Origin: an uncultured Amphritea sp.
GTDB lineage: Bacteria; Pseudomonadota; Gammaproteobacteria; Pseudomonadales; Balneatricaceae
Assembly: GCA_963669425.2 (NCBI GenBank)
Contig: CAXXNC010000002.1
Location: 2,074,618-2,138,617, forward strand
Direction of reading: 5' to 3'
DNA length: 64,000 nucleotides
Each line of letters starts with the position of its first letter. Position 1 is the stretch's first letter. The notes beneath the pieces were generated by a model. The model was not told where the DNA came from. It saw only the letters and a list, made by a program, of their open reading frames with translations, and did no database searches. Position numbers and translations under genes: made by a program. Below are positions 28,734-38,726 of the stretch, piece after piece.

Positions 28734-30818
28734 TTGATCCACACGGCATACTTACATCGCATTCTCACCACCACTCTCCTGAGTGGCCTGTTATTCAGTG
28801 CACCGGTATCAGCGAACCTCGCCGACACACTAAAACCGGAGCCGATCCATCAACAGACAATTCAGGATATTGTTTCATCCCTGAATCGCGATCATTACAA
28901 CGACATCGTACTGAATGACGAGCTATCGGGCAAAGTCCTTGACCAGTTTATTGAAACACTGGATCCATCCCGGGCTTATTTTTACGCGTCAGATATCGAA
29001 AGCTTTGAACAGTATCGCGACCAACTGGACGACGGTATCAGAACCGGTGACCTGAGTGCAGCCTATCAGATATTCAACCTGTACCAGCTACGCACCATCG
29101 AGCGACTCGAAAAGCTGATCAGTACCCTGGAAAATCCGGACTATAAAGTCAGTTTCAACATTGATGAAACTCTCGAAACAGATCGCAGCGAAAGCAACTG
29201 GCTGAACTCACCTGCCGAGATGAACGAGTTCTGGCGCAAGCGCCTGAAAAGCGCCCTGCTCAGCCTCAAGCTGGCAGACAAAACGGTTGAAGAAGCCCGC
29301 AAGACTTTACTTAAGCGCTACAGAAGCCAACTGAGTCGCGCCAGACAAACCAACAGCGAAGATGTATTCCAGAGTTATGCCAATGCAATAACCCAGCAGT
29401 TTGATCCGCACACTCAATACTTCTCGCCACGTCGCTCTGAAAACTTCAACATCAATATGAGCCTGTCTCTGGAAGGTATCGGCGCTGTACTTCAAAGCGA
29501 AAACGAGAACACCAAAGTTGTTCGACTGGTACCCGCAGGCCCTGCCGATAAAGCAGGGCAACTGAAACCCGCCGACCTGATTGTCGGCGTTGGTCAGGGC
29601 GAAGAAGGCATCATCGAAGATGTAGTCGGATGGCGCCTTGATGAGGTCGTTGCCCTGATTCGCGGCCCCAAAGGTACCACTGTTCGCCTGGAAGTCATCC
29701 CTGCGGACGGTGAAGAAAGCCAGCGCAAAATCATCAGGATCGTTCGCAACAAAGTCAAACTCGAAGAACAGGCAGCTCAGAGCAAGATCATTGAACTGAA
29801 TCAGAATGGCCGCCCACAGAAAATCGGCGTAATCAGCATTCCTGCCTTCTATATAGACTTTGCAGCACTGCAACGAGGCGAACAGAACTACAAGAGCACC
29901 ACTCGCGATACCGCTAAACTTCTTCAGGAACTGCAGGCCGAGAACATTGATGGCCTGATTATCGACCTGCGTAACAACGGTGGCGGTTCGCTTCGGGAAG
30001 CAAACGAACTGGTCGGACTGTTTATCAGCCGGGGCCCTACCGTACAGATTCAGGATCCTGAAGGCCGGGTCAACATTATGGGCGACTCGGACCCACGGGT
30101 AGCCTATGACGGCCCGCTGGCAGTGCTGGTTAATCGCCTCAGCGCATCAGCATCGGAAATTTTTGCCGGCGCGATCCAGGATTATCAACGCGGTATTATT
30201 GTCGGCAGCCAGACCTTCGGTAAAGGCACGGTCCAGACCCTTTCGCCACTGCGCCACGGCCAGATCAAGCTGACCCATGCTAAGTTTTACCGGATTTCGG
30301 GCGACAGCACCCAGCACAAAGGGGTTATTCCGGATATCTCACTGCCAACACTCTATGATACGGATGAGATTGGAGAAAGCGCACTGGATGGTGCACTACC
30401 ATGGGACAAAGTGCATGAGATTCCACATAAGCGATTCCTGAGCTTCCGCTCTATTCTGCCTGAGCTTAGCGACCGCCATCAGGAACGCCAGCGACTCAAT
30501 CCAGACTTCATGTTTATGCAAGCCCAGGCTCAGCGCCTGGAAGAGAATAAGCTCGACAAAGAGCTTACCCTGCATGAAGAAAAACTGCAGGCAAAACGTG
30601 ACGCCTCAGAACAGTGGCTTCTGGATCAGGAGAACAAACGTCGCGAAGCTAAAAAGCAACCGCTTCTGAGCAAACTGTCTGAACTCGACGATCTACTGGA
30701 AAAAGATGCACAGGGCAACACAATCAGCCCTGAAGAGGAAGCCCTACTGACCGAAACGGGGAACATCCTGCTTGATTTGATTGAGCTGTCTGATAAGTAT
30801 ATTGCTATCAAGAACTGA
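28734..30818 (+). CDS. prc: Tail-specific (carboxy-terminal processing) protease
   Basis: DPHTQYFSP, SLEGIGA, PDZ region, DLRNNGGGSL, SASASEIFAGAIQDY and FGKGTVQ. Confidence 0.93.
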   Translation: MIHTAYLHRILTTTLLSGLLFSAPVSANLADTLKPEPIHQQTIQDIVSSLNRDHYNDIVLNDELSGKVLDQFIETLDPSRAYFYASDIESFEQYRDQLDDGIRTGDLSAAYQIFNLYQLRTIERLEKLISTLENPDYKVSFNIDETLETDRSESNWLNSPAEMNEFWRKRLKSALLSLKLADKTVEEARKTLLKRYRSQLSRARQTNSEDVFQSYANAITQQFDPHTQYFSPRRSENFNINMSLSLEGIGAVLQSENENTKVVRLVPAGPADKAGQLKPADLIVGVGQGEEGIIEDVVGWRLDEVVALIRGPKGTTVRLEVIPADGEESQRKIIRIVRNKVKLEEQAAQSKIIELNQNGRPQKIGVISIPAFYIDFAALQRGEQNYKSTTRDTAKLLQELQAENIDGLIIDLRNNGGGSLREANELVGLFISRGPTVQIQDPEGRVNIMGDSDPRVAYDGPLAVLVNRLSASASEIFAGAIQDYQRGIIVGSQTFGKGTVQTLSPLRHGQIKLTHAKFYRISGDSTQHKGVIPDISLPTLYDTDEIGESALDGALPWDKVHEIPHKRFLSFRSILPELSDRHQERQRLNPDFMFMQAQAQRLEENKLDKELTLHEEKLQAKRDASEQWLLDQENKRREAKKQPLLSKLSELDDLLEKDAQGNTISPEEEALLTETGNILLDLIELSDKYIAIKN

Positions 30819-30882
30819 TAACGCAGCCGCCGGATAATGGGGATCCGGTGACTGCGCTCAGATAGCACCCGGGATCAACAGC

Positions 30883-31650
30883 ATGCAGATAGGTAAACTC
30901 AAGCTTGCCCTTTTAATCGGCGGCCCACTCCTACTCATTATACTCAGCGTAGCCGGATACTTTATCTATACCAGCCTGATGGAACAGCATCGGGAGAATA
31001 CTGAACGAGTTGAAGGCTTCGGAGAGCTGGTTATTCCGGGAGATATTAAATCCGAGCTACTCAATCCGGACAGCACTCTGACGCCATCCATTCCTGAATC
31101 AAGATTGTCGCCCAGCGAACGGGTAATCCTGACCCTGAAGCTGGAACGCGCCAAACTGGTTGAAGAAGCGGTACAGATGCGCGCCCAGATCAGCGAACTT
31201 CAGGACAAAGTTGTCACGCTCGAGGAATACAAACGCACCAACGAGCGCTACTCCCCACACTCCTTTGATGAAGAAGTCTCCCAGGTTCACACCCGGATTA
31301 AACAATTACTGGCAACTCTGGAAGAGTCCAAACGCTTCACCCGCAACCAGCTCAAGGGTATGTCAGCGGCAGCCGCGAAAGAATATCGCCGCTATCTGAA
31401 ACAATACAAACTGGTACTTGAGCCGGGCGACATCGATACAGTGGTGAATGAACACCTGCCGGTATATGCATATTGTATTGGCGATGGTATGGATATCGCA
31501 GCCAACAACCGCGCTGAAGAACTGTTTATTATTGAGTATTTTAAAACTGATAAAACTGAACTCATGAGCAGCCGCCTCAGAAGCGATCTGAAAGCGATCA
31601 TGGAACCTTGTCAGGAGATGTTCAACAAGCGGATGGCCTATCTGCTTTAG
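30883..31650 (+). CDS. Hypothetical single-pass membrane protein with coiled coil
   Basis: N-terminal TM (LALLIGGPLLLIILSVAGYFIY) then heptad-rich helix; followed by a terminator at 31683-31707. Confidence 0.7.
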   Translation: MQIGKLKLALLIGGPLLLIILSVAGYFIYTSLMEQHRENTERVEGFGELVIPGDIKSELLNPDSTLTPSIPESRLSPSERVILTLKLERAKLVEEAVQMRAQISELQDKVVTLEEYKRTNERYSPHSFDEEVSQVHTRIKQLLATLEESKRFTRNQLKGMSAAAAKEYRRYLKQYKLVLEPGDIDTVVNEHLPVYAYCIGDGMDIAANNRAEELFIIEYFKTDKTELMSSRLRSDLKAIMEPCQEMFNKRMAYLL

Positions 31651-31747
31651 CCTTTCTGGACAGACTCCCCTACCCTCCAGATAAAAGCCGGTTTATTCCG
31701 GCTTTTTCTTTCACCTATTGAATTAAATCTGTATAATTTCGCCTCCT

Positions 31748-31886
31748 GTCTGTCCGCCCGTCGTTTAACAGTCAGCCAATACGGCAGCCGACAGATACTA
31801 AAACTGACCCTGTATAAGGCTGACGATACAGGCGTGACCACGGCCGATTATCCGATTTTTTCGGAGTCCGCCGGATAGGAATAAAC
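31748..31886 (+). promoter_or_regulatory. Structured rpsA 5' leader (candidate autoregulatory translation-initiation region)
   Basis: Three inverted repeats (TCTGTC/GACAGA, CCTGTAT/ATACAGG, TATCCG/CGGATA) between a TATAAT at 31732-31737 and the ATG; weak SD. Confidence 0.4.
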
Positions 31887-33566
31887 ATGTCCGAAAGCTT
31901 TGCTGAACTATTTGAAGAATCCCTGCAACATATCGATATGACTCCAGGCACCCTGGTAATGGGTGAAGTCATCGACATCGATAGCGACTGGGTTACTGTA
32001 AACGCTGGCCTGAAATCTGAAGCTGTTATCGCTCGCAACCAGTTCCTGAACGATGCTAACGAACTTGAAATTCAAGTTGGTGACATGGTTAAGGTTGCTC
32101 TGGAAAGCGTAGAAGACGGTAGCGGTGAGACACGTCTGTCTCGTGAAAAAGCTAAGCGTTCTGAAGCCTGGGAAGTACTGCAGAGTGCATTCGATGCTGA
32201 AGAAACTGTTAAAGGTTACATCAGCGGCAAGGTTAAAGGTGGTTTCACCGTTAACGTTAACAACATTCAGGGCTTCCTGCCTGGTTCTCTGGTAGACGTG
32301 CGTCCAGTACGCGACGTTGACCACCTGGAAGGTAAAGAACTGGAATTCAAACTGATCAAACTGGATCCTAAGCGCAACAACATCGTTGTATCTCGTCGCG
32401 CGGTTCTGCAGGAAGCTAACAGCGTTCAGCGTGATGAACTGCTGGCTACCCTGGAAGAAGGTCAGGAAGTGAAAGGCTACGTTAAGAACCTGACCAACTA
32501 CGGTGCATTCGTAGATCTGGGCGGTGTTGACGGCCTGCTGCACATCACCGACATGGCTTGGAAGCGTATCTCTCACCCAAGCGACATGCTGACTCCAGGT
32601 GATGAAATCACTGTTAAGATCATCAAGTTCGACAAAGAGAACAACCGTCTGTCTCTGGGCCTGAAGCAGCTGAGCGAAGACCCATGGGCGTCTATCAAAG
32701 CTCGCTACCCAGCTGGCACTAAGGTTGAAGCTCGCGTAACTAACCTGACTGACTACGGCTGCTTCGCTTCTATCGAAGACGGTGTTGAAGGTCTGGTACA
32801 CGTTTCTGAAATGTCCTGGACTAACAAAAACATCCACCCATCTAAAGTTGTACAGGTAGGTGATGCTGTTGAAGTTATGATCCTGGATGTTGATGAAGAG
32901 CGTCGTCGTATTTCTCTGGGTATCAAGCAGTGCACTGCTAACCCATGGACTACTTTCGCTGAGCAGTACGCTGCGGGCGACAAAGTAACCGGTTCTATCA
33001 AAACTATTACTGACTTCGGTATCTTCGTTGGTCTGGAAAACGATCTGGACGGCCTGGTACACATGTCTGACATCTCCTGGGATGCTGACAACGAAGCAGC
33101 TCTGCGCCAGTACAAGAAAGGCGAAGAAGTTGAAGCGGTTATTCTGTCTATCGACGCAGAAAAAGAGCGTATCTCTCTGGGCATCAAACAGCTGGAAAGC
33201 GACCCATTCTCTGAGTACGCTGCTGCAAACGAAAAAGGCGCTATCGTTAAAGGTATCGTTAAGTCTGTAGACGCTAAAGGTGCTAACGTTGAGCTGGCTG
33301 AAGGTATCGAAGGTTACCTGAAAGTTTCTGACATCAGCATCGATCGTATCGAAGATGCTTCTTCTGTCCTGAAAGAGGGCGACGAAGTTGAAGCGAAGAT
33401 CGTTAACCTGGATCGTCGTAACCGTTCTATCGCTCTGTCTATCAAAGCGAAGGATCAGGCTGAAGAGAAAGCAGCAATCAAAGCTGTTTCTGAGCAGACT
33501 GTTGAGACTGCAGGTCCAACCACTATCGGTGACCTGATCAAGGCTCAGATGGAAGCTAAGAAGTAA
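31887..33566 (+). CDS. rpsA: 30S ribosomal protein S1
   Basis: [12 protein letters not shown] start, six S1 repeats ([26 protein letters not shown]), strong high-expression codon bias. Confidence 0.95.
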   Translation: MSESFAELFEESLQHIDMTPGTLVMGEVIDIDSDWVTVNAGLKSEAVIARNQFLNDANELEIQVGDMVKVALESVEDGSGETRLSREKAKRSEAWEVLQSAFDAEETVKGYISGKVKGGFTVNVNNIQGFLPGSLVDVRPVRDVDHLEGKELEFKLIKLDPKRNNIVVSRRAVLQEANSVQRDELLATLEEGQEVKGYVKNLTNYGAFVDLGGVDGLLHITDMAWKRISHPSDMLTPGDEITVKIIKFDKENNRLSLGLKQLSEDPWASIKARYPAGTKVEARVTNLTDYGCFASIEDGVEGLVHVSEMSWTNKNIHPSKVVQVGDAVEVMILDVDEERRRISLGIKQCTANPWTTFAEQYAAGDKVTGSIKTITDFGIFVGLENDLDGLVHMSDISWDADNEAALRQYKKGEEVEAVILSIDAEKERISLGIKQLESDPFSEYAAANEKGAIVKGIVKSVDAKGANVELAEGIEGYLKVSDISIDRIEDASSVLKEGDEVEAKIVNLDRRNRSIALSIKAKDQAEEKAAIKAVSEQTVETAGPTTIGDLIKAQMEAKK

Positions 33567-33586
33567 TATTCTTTAGCTGATCGATG

Positions 33587-33615
33587 AAAAAGGAGCGCAT
33601 TGCGCTCCTTTTTTT
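33587..33615 (+). terminator. Intrinsic terminator after rpsA
   Basis: AAAAAGGAGCGCA-T-TGCGCTCCTTTTTTT. Confidence 0.85.
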
Positions 33616-33733
33616 GTATCCACTTCCCCTCTTTTTATACCCAAAAACGGGTATAACACTTTGTTCTGCGTGCCTTTTCAGATTAATGACTGCTAGAATC
33701 AGGCAATCTTAATCTGCTAACAGGACCAATAAC

Positions 33734-34258
33734 ATGCGCCGCTTATCCCTGTTTTTCTCAGTTATTCTTCTGAATCTGACACTGATCAGCCCTACTCATG
33801 CAGCAACGGAAGCTGAAATTGCCGAAGCCATCAGACTGCTCAGCGAAGGCAAGTCCGGCCTCAGCGAAAGTTACAGCGATACCGAAGTAAAGCAGATGCT
33901 ACGTGACGAAGGCTATGGCTCTGTCAGAATTGTGGAAAGCGATCAGATCCGCTTTAAAGCCAATGGCAGCGTATTTGTACTCTACATTCACGAAGATGGT
34001 GATATGCATCTGTACTATGGCGCAACCGGCTATGCGCTGGATTTTGAGGATATGAACGAGTGGAACCGTACCAGCCGTCTGTCCCGCGCCTACATCGATG
34101 AAGAGGGCGATATCGCCCTGGAAACCGACCTGCTGGCCAATGCCGGCCTGAATCAGGATATGGTAACGGAAACTGTTAAAGTGTTTGTCCAGACCTCTGT
34201 GCCACGCTTTGTGAATTTCGCCCAGGAGCGTGAAGGTCAGCCCGAGTCAGCCGAGTAA
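33734..34258 (+). CDS. Exported YbjN-domain-like protein
   Basis: Signal peptide; MNEWN...RLSRAYID.EGD..LE.D....G motif. Confidence 0.7.
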   Translation: MRRLSLFFSVILLNLTLISPTHAATEAEIAEAIRLLSEGKSGLSESYSDTEVKQMLRDEGYGSVRIVESDQIRFKANGSVFVLYIHEDGDMHLYYGATGYALDFEDMNEWNRTSRLSRAYIDEEGDIALETDLLANAGLNQDMVTETVKVFVQTSVPRFVNFAQEREGQPESAE

Positions 34259-35641
34259 TCAGGCTGCACGCTTTATTTCAGAACCGGGCTCTGACCGCTC
34301 CAGCGGATACGCCCGGTTCTGACCCACTGCTGCACTTTGACGGGACTTGGAACGAAGCATCCGCACAACAGTGAATGCAAGCAGCCCGAAGAGCAGCAAC
34401 GCAACCAGACCCAGAACAACAGCGTAATCGCTTTCAAGCAATGAAGACTGCCCCTCTTTCCCGGAAGCACCTCCTGTAACCGGCACATCAACGTCTTTCA
34501 CGCCCAGACCAGTCTTCGAGTCTGATACAGCCGAAACAGATCCCGGTGCCGCCAGATTCTCAGCCCCAGGCTCCTGAACAGAGGCCTTAGCAACTTCTGA
34601 AGCCTGCTCCCGTGATCTATCATCACCAGCAGAACCACCAGATTCAGAGCCTGAACCTCCTGCAGCTGCCCCCGAACCTCCGCTACCGGAAGCACCTGCA
34701 AGCCCTTCACCGCCAGAATACCCTCCGGAAGAACCGCCTGAAGAACCGCCTGAACCTGATCCACCTGAACCTGATCCACCTGAACCCGACCCACCTGAAC
34801 CCGACCCACCTGAACCTGTTCCACCTGAACCTGTTCCACCTGAGCCTGATCCTCCTGTGCCTGATCCACCTGTGCCTGATCCACCTGTGCCTGATCCACC
34901 TGAGCCTGATCCACCTGAGCCTGATCCACCTGTGCCTGATCCACCTGTGCCTGATCCACCTGTGCCTGACCCACCTGTGCCAGATCCACCTGCGCCTGAC
35001 CCACCTGCGCCTGACCCACCTGTGCCAGATCCACCTGAACCACTACCACCCGAAGAGCCGCCTGAACCTGATCCACCTGTACCCGATCCACCTGAACCAC
35101 TACCACCCGAAGAGCCGCCTGAACCTGATCCACCTGAGCCTGATCCACCTGCGCCTGACCCACCTGTGCCAGATCCACCTGCGCCTGACCCACCTGCGCC
35201 TGACCCACCTGTGCCTGACCCACCTGTGCCTGACCCACCTGTGCCAGATCCACCTGCGCCTGACCCACCTGTGCCAGATCCATCTGAACCACTGCCACCT
35301 GAGGAGCCGCCTGAACCACTACCACCTGAAGAGCCGCCTGAACCACTACCACCTGAAGAGCCGCCTGAACCACTACCACCTGAAGAGCCGCCTGAACCAC
35401 TACCACCTGAAGAGCCACCTGAACCACTGCCACCTAAGGAGCTGCCATCTCCGGATGAACCGCCGGAACCTGTGGGGAAGACCGCTGCAATATCACCGAC
35501 AGAACCCCCGACAGATGAGCCCAAAGACGAGAAAGCACCCACCACCGAGGCAGACACCAGCGCACCCGCCAGGGCGTACTCGACGGTAGTCAGGCCTCTC
35601 TGTTTTCTTCGGTGCGATATCATTGTCTTTTTCCATGACAA
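34259..35641 (-). CDS. Flp/TadE prepilin-like N-terminus fused to a Gly/Ser-rich repeat and a C-terminal TM
   Basis: RRKQRG|LTTVEYALAGALV class III signal, (GGSG[T/A/S])n and GSGGSSGGS repeats, then YAVVLGLVALLLFGLLAFTVV-RMLRSK. The start may be 35623. Confidence 0.75.
   Translation of the reverse strand: MSWKKTMISHRRKQRGLTTVEYALAGALVSASVVGAFSSLGSSVGGSVGDIAAVFPTGSGGSSGDGSSLGGSGSGGSSGGSGSGGSSGGSGSGGSSGGSGSGGSSGGSGSGGSSGGSGSDGSGTGGSGAGGSGTGGSGTGGSGTGGSGAGGSGAGGSGTGGSGAGGSGSGGSGSGGSSGGSGSGGSGTGGSGSGGSSGGSGSGGSGTGGSGAGGSGAGGSGTGGSGTGGSGTGGSGTGGSGSGGSGSGGSGTGGSGTGGSGTGGSGSGGTGSGGTGSGGSGSGGSGSGGSGSGGSGSGGSSGGSSGGYSGGEGLAGASGSGGSGAAAGGSGSESGGSAGDDRSREQASEVAKASVQEPGAENLAAPGSVSAVSDSKTGLGVKDVDVPVTGGASGKEGQSSLLESDYAVVLGLVALLLFGLLAFTVVRMLRSKSRQSAAVGQNRAYPLERSEPGSEIKRAA
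34728..35440. repeat. Coding tandem repeats, 15-bp and 27-bp units
   Basis: CCTGATCCACCTG(T/C/A)G 15-mers and CCACCTGAAGAGCCGCCTGAACCACTA 27-mers. Confidence 0.92.
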
Positions 35642-35736
35642 CAGACTGTAAATACAGCCTAGTCACGCAGAGCCCGTCAGGCAAAATTACAGGCCTGAAG
35701 AAGGTGAAAATTCCTAATACTGCCAATCACAGACAC

Positions 35737-35760
35737 AAAAAAACCGCCTGCGGCGGTTTC
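35737..35760 (-). terminator. Intrinsic terminator after ycgN
   Basis: AAAAAAACCGCC-TGC-GGCGGTTT. Confidence 0.7.
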
Positions 35761-35781
35761 TGTATAGATTCTGGTACAAAC

Positions 35782-36219
35782 TTACTCGATCACATAATCG
35801 ATATAATCGTCTTCATCCAGCTGATCATCAGTGATTTCAAACCAATCCAGAACCGATGCTCCGGCCTCTTTCACCGAAGCCCGATCACCACTGACCAGTG
35901 GATGCCAGTCCGGCAGGTCCTTCCCCTCATGGATCAGCCGATACGCACAGCTGGGTGGCAACCAGTGAAACTCTTCTACATCTTCAGGATGCAGCTTTAC
36001 ACACTGGGGTACCAGCGAACAGCGCTTCTCGTATTGCGTACAGAACAGGGTTTCAAAATCCAGCAGATGACAAACCACGCTGGTGTAATAAACCTTTCCG
36101 GTGTCTTCATCTTCCAGCTTATGAAGACAACATAACGAACAGCCATCACAGAGCGACTCCCACTCTGTAGCTGTCATTTCCGGCAGCGTTTTACTGCGCC
36201 AGAAAACTTCCTGAGCCAC
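35782..36219 (-). CDS. ycgN: YcgN family cysteine-cluster protein
   Basis: FW..K.L.EM...[20 protein letters not shown] and WLP.SCAYR. Confidence 0.92.
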   Translation of the reverse strand: MAQEVFWRSKTLPEMTATEWESLCDGCSLCCLHKLEDEDTGKVYYTSVVCHLLDFETLFCTQYEKRCSLVPQCVKLHPEDVEEFHWLPPSCAYRLIHEGKDLPDWHPLVSGDRASVKEAGASVLDWFEITDDQLDEDDYIDYVIE

Positions 36220-36221
36220 GC

Positions 36222-36512
36222 TTATCGCACTCCGGTTTCCGGACGATCCTGATGCAGATCCAGCATGTAATCATCTTTTGGCGGTGGCATCTGCAGGAAG
36301 AAGCCTTTTTCCAGGATATCATTCAGTACTTTATCGGCTTCCACCCTGGCCAGCTCTTTTTCCGGCGTAAGCAGCATATCAAACACATGCACTGGCTGAC
36401 CGAACATATCCAGCAAGGCTTCTGGCACGCGTTTCAGCTGATCCATCTTATCCACGTAAAGGTACATCTCATCCTTACGAGGGCTCTTAAACACACTGCA
36501 AATCTTTTTCAT
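36222..36512 (-). CDS. ycgL: YcgL domain protein
   Basis: CSVFKS.RK.EMYLYV...D...RVPEAL...FG.P and GFFLQMPPP. Confidence 0.92.
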   Translation of the reverse strand: MKKICSVFKSPRKDEMYLYVDKMDQLKRVPEALLDMFGQPVHVFDMLLTPEKELARVEADKVLNDILEKGFFLQMPPPKDDYMLDLHQDRPETGVR

Positions 36513-36521
36513 AATATCTCT

Positions 36522-37694
36522 TTAAATTTTCAGGGCGGCTAATTCCGCCAGCAGCGACTCACCAATCACCGCTTTACGCCAACCGGACAGCGCCGGTGGC
36601 AGAGAGAACTGACCATTCTCTTCGGTCCGGATCAGAGCATCCAGATCCTTTTTCTTCAGCAGAATCTCGGGAGCCATTCCCAGCTCTTCTGCTTTCTTAC
36701 GCGCCATCGCTTTCAGACTCTTAAGCGGCTTATTCCACTTATAGCTTAGCGGTCGCTGAATCGGCAGTGGCGGCTTTTCCAGAGCTGAATGAGGAGCCAT
36801 TCTGAGATAGCCCAGAATCACATCCCCATCCTGACGGACAATTCTCGCTTTCAGATCCGGCACCCGGGACAGCTCATGCATATTCTTTGGCCAGATATTG
36901 ATAATCTCCAACAGCGCCTGATTCCTCAATACACGATTGCGAGGCAGATCCCGCTGTCGGCAGATCCGTTCACGCCAGGCAGTCAGATCTCTCAGGGCTG
37001 CGATTCGCTCAGGCGGCAGCTTCCAGGCCTGACTAAAACGCTGGTAGTATTTTACACCATCCGGATCATCATCCGGGGTCTGATCGAGCAACTGTTGCGC
37101 CTCTTCCTGCAGCCAGGCATACATGCCACGCTGCTTCAGCTCACTGATCTGCTGCTGACAAAGCGCCGGTAAATAAGCAACATCCAGCGTTGCATAATGC
37201 TCCTGAGACGCGGTCAGTGGCCGCTGCAACCAGTCAGAGGTTGTCTCACCTTTATCCAGCTGCACACCAAGGGCATGCTCAACAATGCGCTGATAGCCCA
37301 TTGAGAACCCCCAGCCCAGAAAACCTGCGGCCAGCTGAGTATCAAAGATCGGTTCGGGTAGAACGCCAAGCATGTACTGGAAAAGCTCCAGGTCCTCATT
37401 ACCCGCGTGCAGTACTTTAAGCACCTGAGGATTCTGAAACAACTGCACCAAAGGCGCATAGTTCTCAATTTCCAGCGGATCAATCAGGTAACAGGCGCGA
37501 TCATCGGCGATCTGAATCAATCCGGGAATCGGGTAAAACGTATCTACCCGGATAAACTCGGTATCCAGCGCAATCAATGGCAGCGTCTGCCAATGCTGAC
37601 AATGTTCTGCCAGTGTACTGTCGTCAGTAATCCAGACCGGCTGTTTTGCGGCCTGCTCCAGTGCCTGCCAGCTATACTGTTCTGTCATATCCAT
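36522..37694 (-). CDS. rnd: Ribonuclease D
   Basis: ALDTEF.R..TFYP..GLIQ, KVLHA..EDLE, FDTQLAA, DW..RPL and YA.LDV; HRDC region. The start may be 37688. Confidence 0.93.
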   Translation of the reverse strand: MDMTEQYSWQALEQAAKQPVWITDDSTLAEHCQHWQTLPLIALDTEFIRVDTFYPIPGLIQIADDRACYLIDPLEIENYAPLVQLFQNPQVLKVLHAGNEDLELFQYMLGVLPEPIFDTQLAAGFLGWGFSMGYQRIVEHALGVQLDKGETTSDWLQRPLTASQEHYATLDVAYLPALCQQQISELKQRGMYAWLQEEAQQLLDQTPDDDPDGVKYYQRFSQAWKLPPERIAALRDLTAWRERICRQRDLPRNRVLRNQALLEIINIWPKNMHELSRVPDLKARIVRQDGDVILGYLRMAPHSALEKPPLPIQRPLSYKWNKPLKSLKAMARKKAEELGMAPEILLKKKDLDALIRTEENGQFSLPPALSGWRKAVIGESLLAELAALKI

Positions 37695-37695
37695 T

Positions 37696-38292
37696 TCAGC
37701 CTATTGCCCGACGACCGGCCAGCGCGTGAGCCAGCGTACCACCATCAACAAATTCCAACTCACCGCCAACGGGCACACCGTGGGCGATACGAGTAACTCT
37801 GATACCAGAATCCTTCACCTGCTCGGCAATATAGTGAGCGGTCGCTTCCCCCTCCACCGTCGGATTGGTAGCAAGGATTAACTCATCAACGCCATCGTTT
37901 ATCTGCTCGAACAGCAGATCCAGCCCCAGATCATCAGGACCAATCCCATCGATTGGTGACAGATGCCCCATCAGGACAAAATAGCGCCCGTTAAAGCCAC
38001 CGGTTTGCTCAATCGCCAGCATATCCACCGGTGACTCGAGCACACAGATCTGATGAGTATCACGACTGCTATCAGAACAGATCTCACAAAGCTCCGTTTC
38101 AGAAAGGGTTCTGCAGCTTTTACAATGCCCGACCTCAGCAACCGCCCTGTTAATCGCTTCAGCCAGCTGAGACGCACCATCCCGCTCACGCTCCAGCAGA
38201 TGAAACGCCATCCGCTGAGCGGTTTTAGGACCCACTCCCGGAAGACAACGAAAAGCATCGATCAGTTGCTGGATAAGAGGACTGAATGACAT
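37696..38292 (-). CDS. recR: Recombination mediator RecR
   Basis: [18 protein letters not shown]4 zinc finger, Toprim ([12 protein letters not shown]) and [15 protein letters not shown]. Confidence 0.97.
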   Translation of the reverse strand: MSFSPLIQQLIDAFRCLPGVGPKTAQRMAFHLLERERDGASQLAEAINRAVAEVGHCKSCRTLSETELCEICSDSSRDTHQICVLESPVDMLAIEQTGGFNGRYFVLMGHLSPIDGIGPDDLGLDLLFEQINDGVDELILATNPTVEGEATAHYIAEQVKDSGIRVTRIAHGVPVGGELEFVDGGTLAHALAGRRAIG

Positions 38293-38376
38293 AACAAACC
38301 TGTAAAACGGATAAAACCACTACCGCCGCACAATGCAGCGATAATGGTTATTAAGAAAGTGAAAAAAGATTCAGTA

Positions 38377-38703
38377 TCAGAATGGCATGTTAAAGCCAGG
38401 TGGCATACCCATGCCGCCTGTCACTTTAGACATCCGCTCCTGTGTATTGCTTTCAACCTTGCGAACAGCATCGTTCACAGCTGCTGCGATCAGGTCTTCC
38501 AGGATCTCTTTATCTTCTTCCATCAGAGTGTCATCAATAGCCACACTCTTCACATCGTGACGACCGTTCATCACGATTTTAACCATACCGGCACCGGACT
38601 CACCGGTAACCTCTGCCTGAGCAATCTCTTCCTGAGCTTTCTGTAGCTCAGCCTGCATTTTCTGGGCCTGCTTCATCAGGTTGCCCATGCCGCCTTTCAT
38701 CAT
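38377..38703 (-). CDS. ybaB: YbaB/EbfC nucleoid-associated protein
   Basis: [14 protein letters not shown] and [11 protein letters not shown]; lies between dnaX and recR. Confidence 0.95.
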   Translation of the reverse strand: MMKGGMGNLMKQAQKMQAELQKAQEEIAQAEVTGESGAGMVKIVMNGRHDVKSVAIDDTLMEEDKEILEDLIAAAVNDAVRKVESNTQERMSKVTGGMGMPPGFNMPF

Positions 38704-38726
38704 TGCTATCTCTCTTACGTTGTAAT

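Noticed and set aside
31908-33062. 384-aa antisense ORF in rpsA
   Set aside because: Typical shadow ORF caused by strong codon bias.
34728-35440. CRISPR array
   Set aside because: The repeats are contiguous with no unique spacers, lie inside a CDS, and no cas genes are present.
34498-35651. Long PDPP-, HL- and VQ-repeat ORFs in other frames
   Set aside because: Alternative frames of the Gly/Ser repeat. Only the 460-aa minus frame has non-repetitive, meaningful termini.
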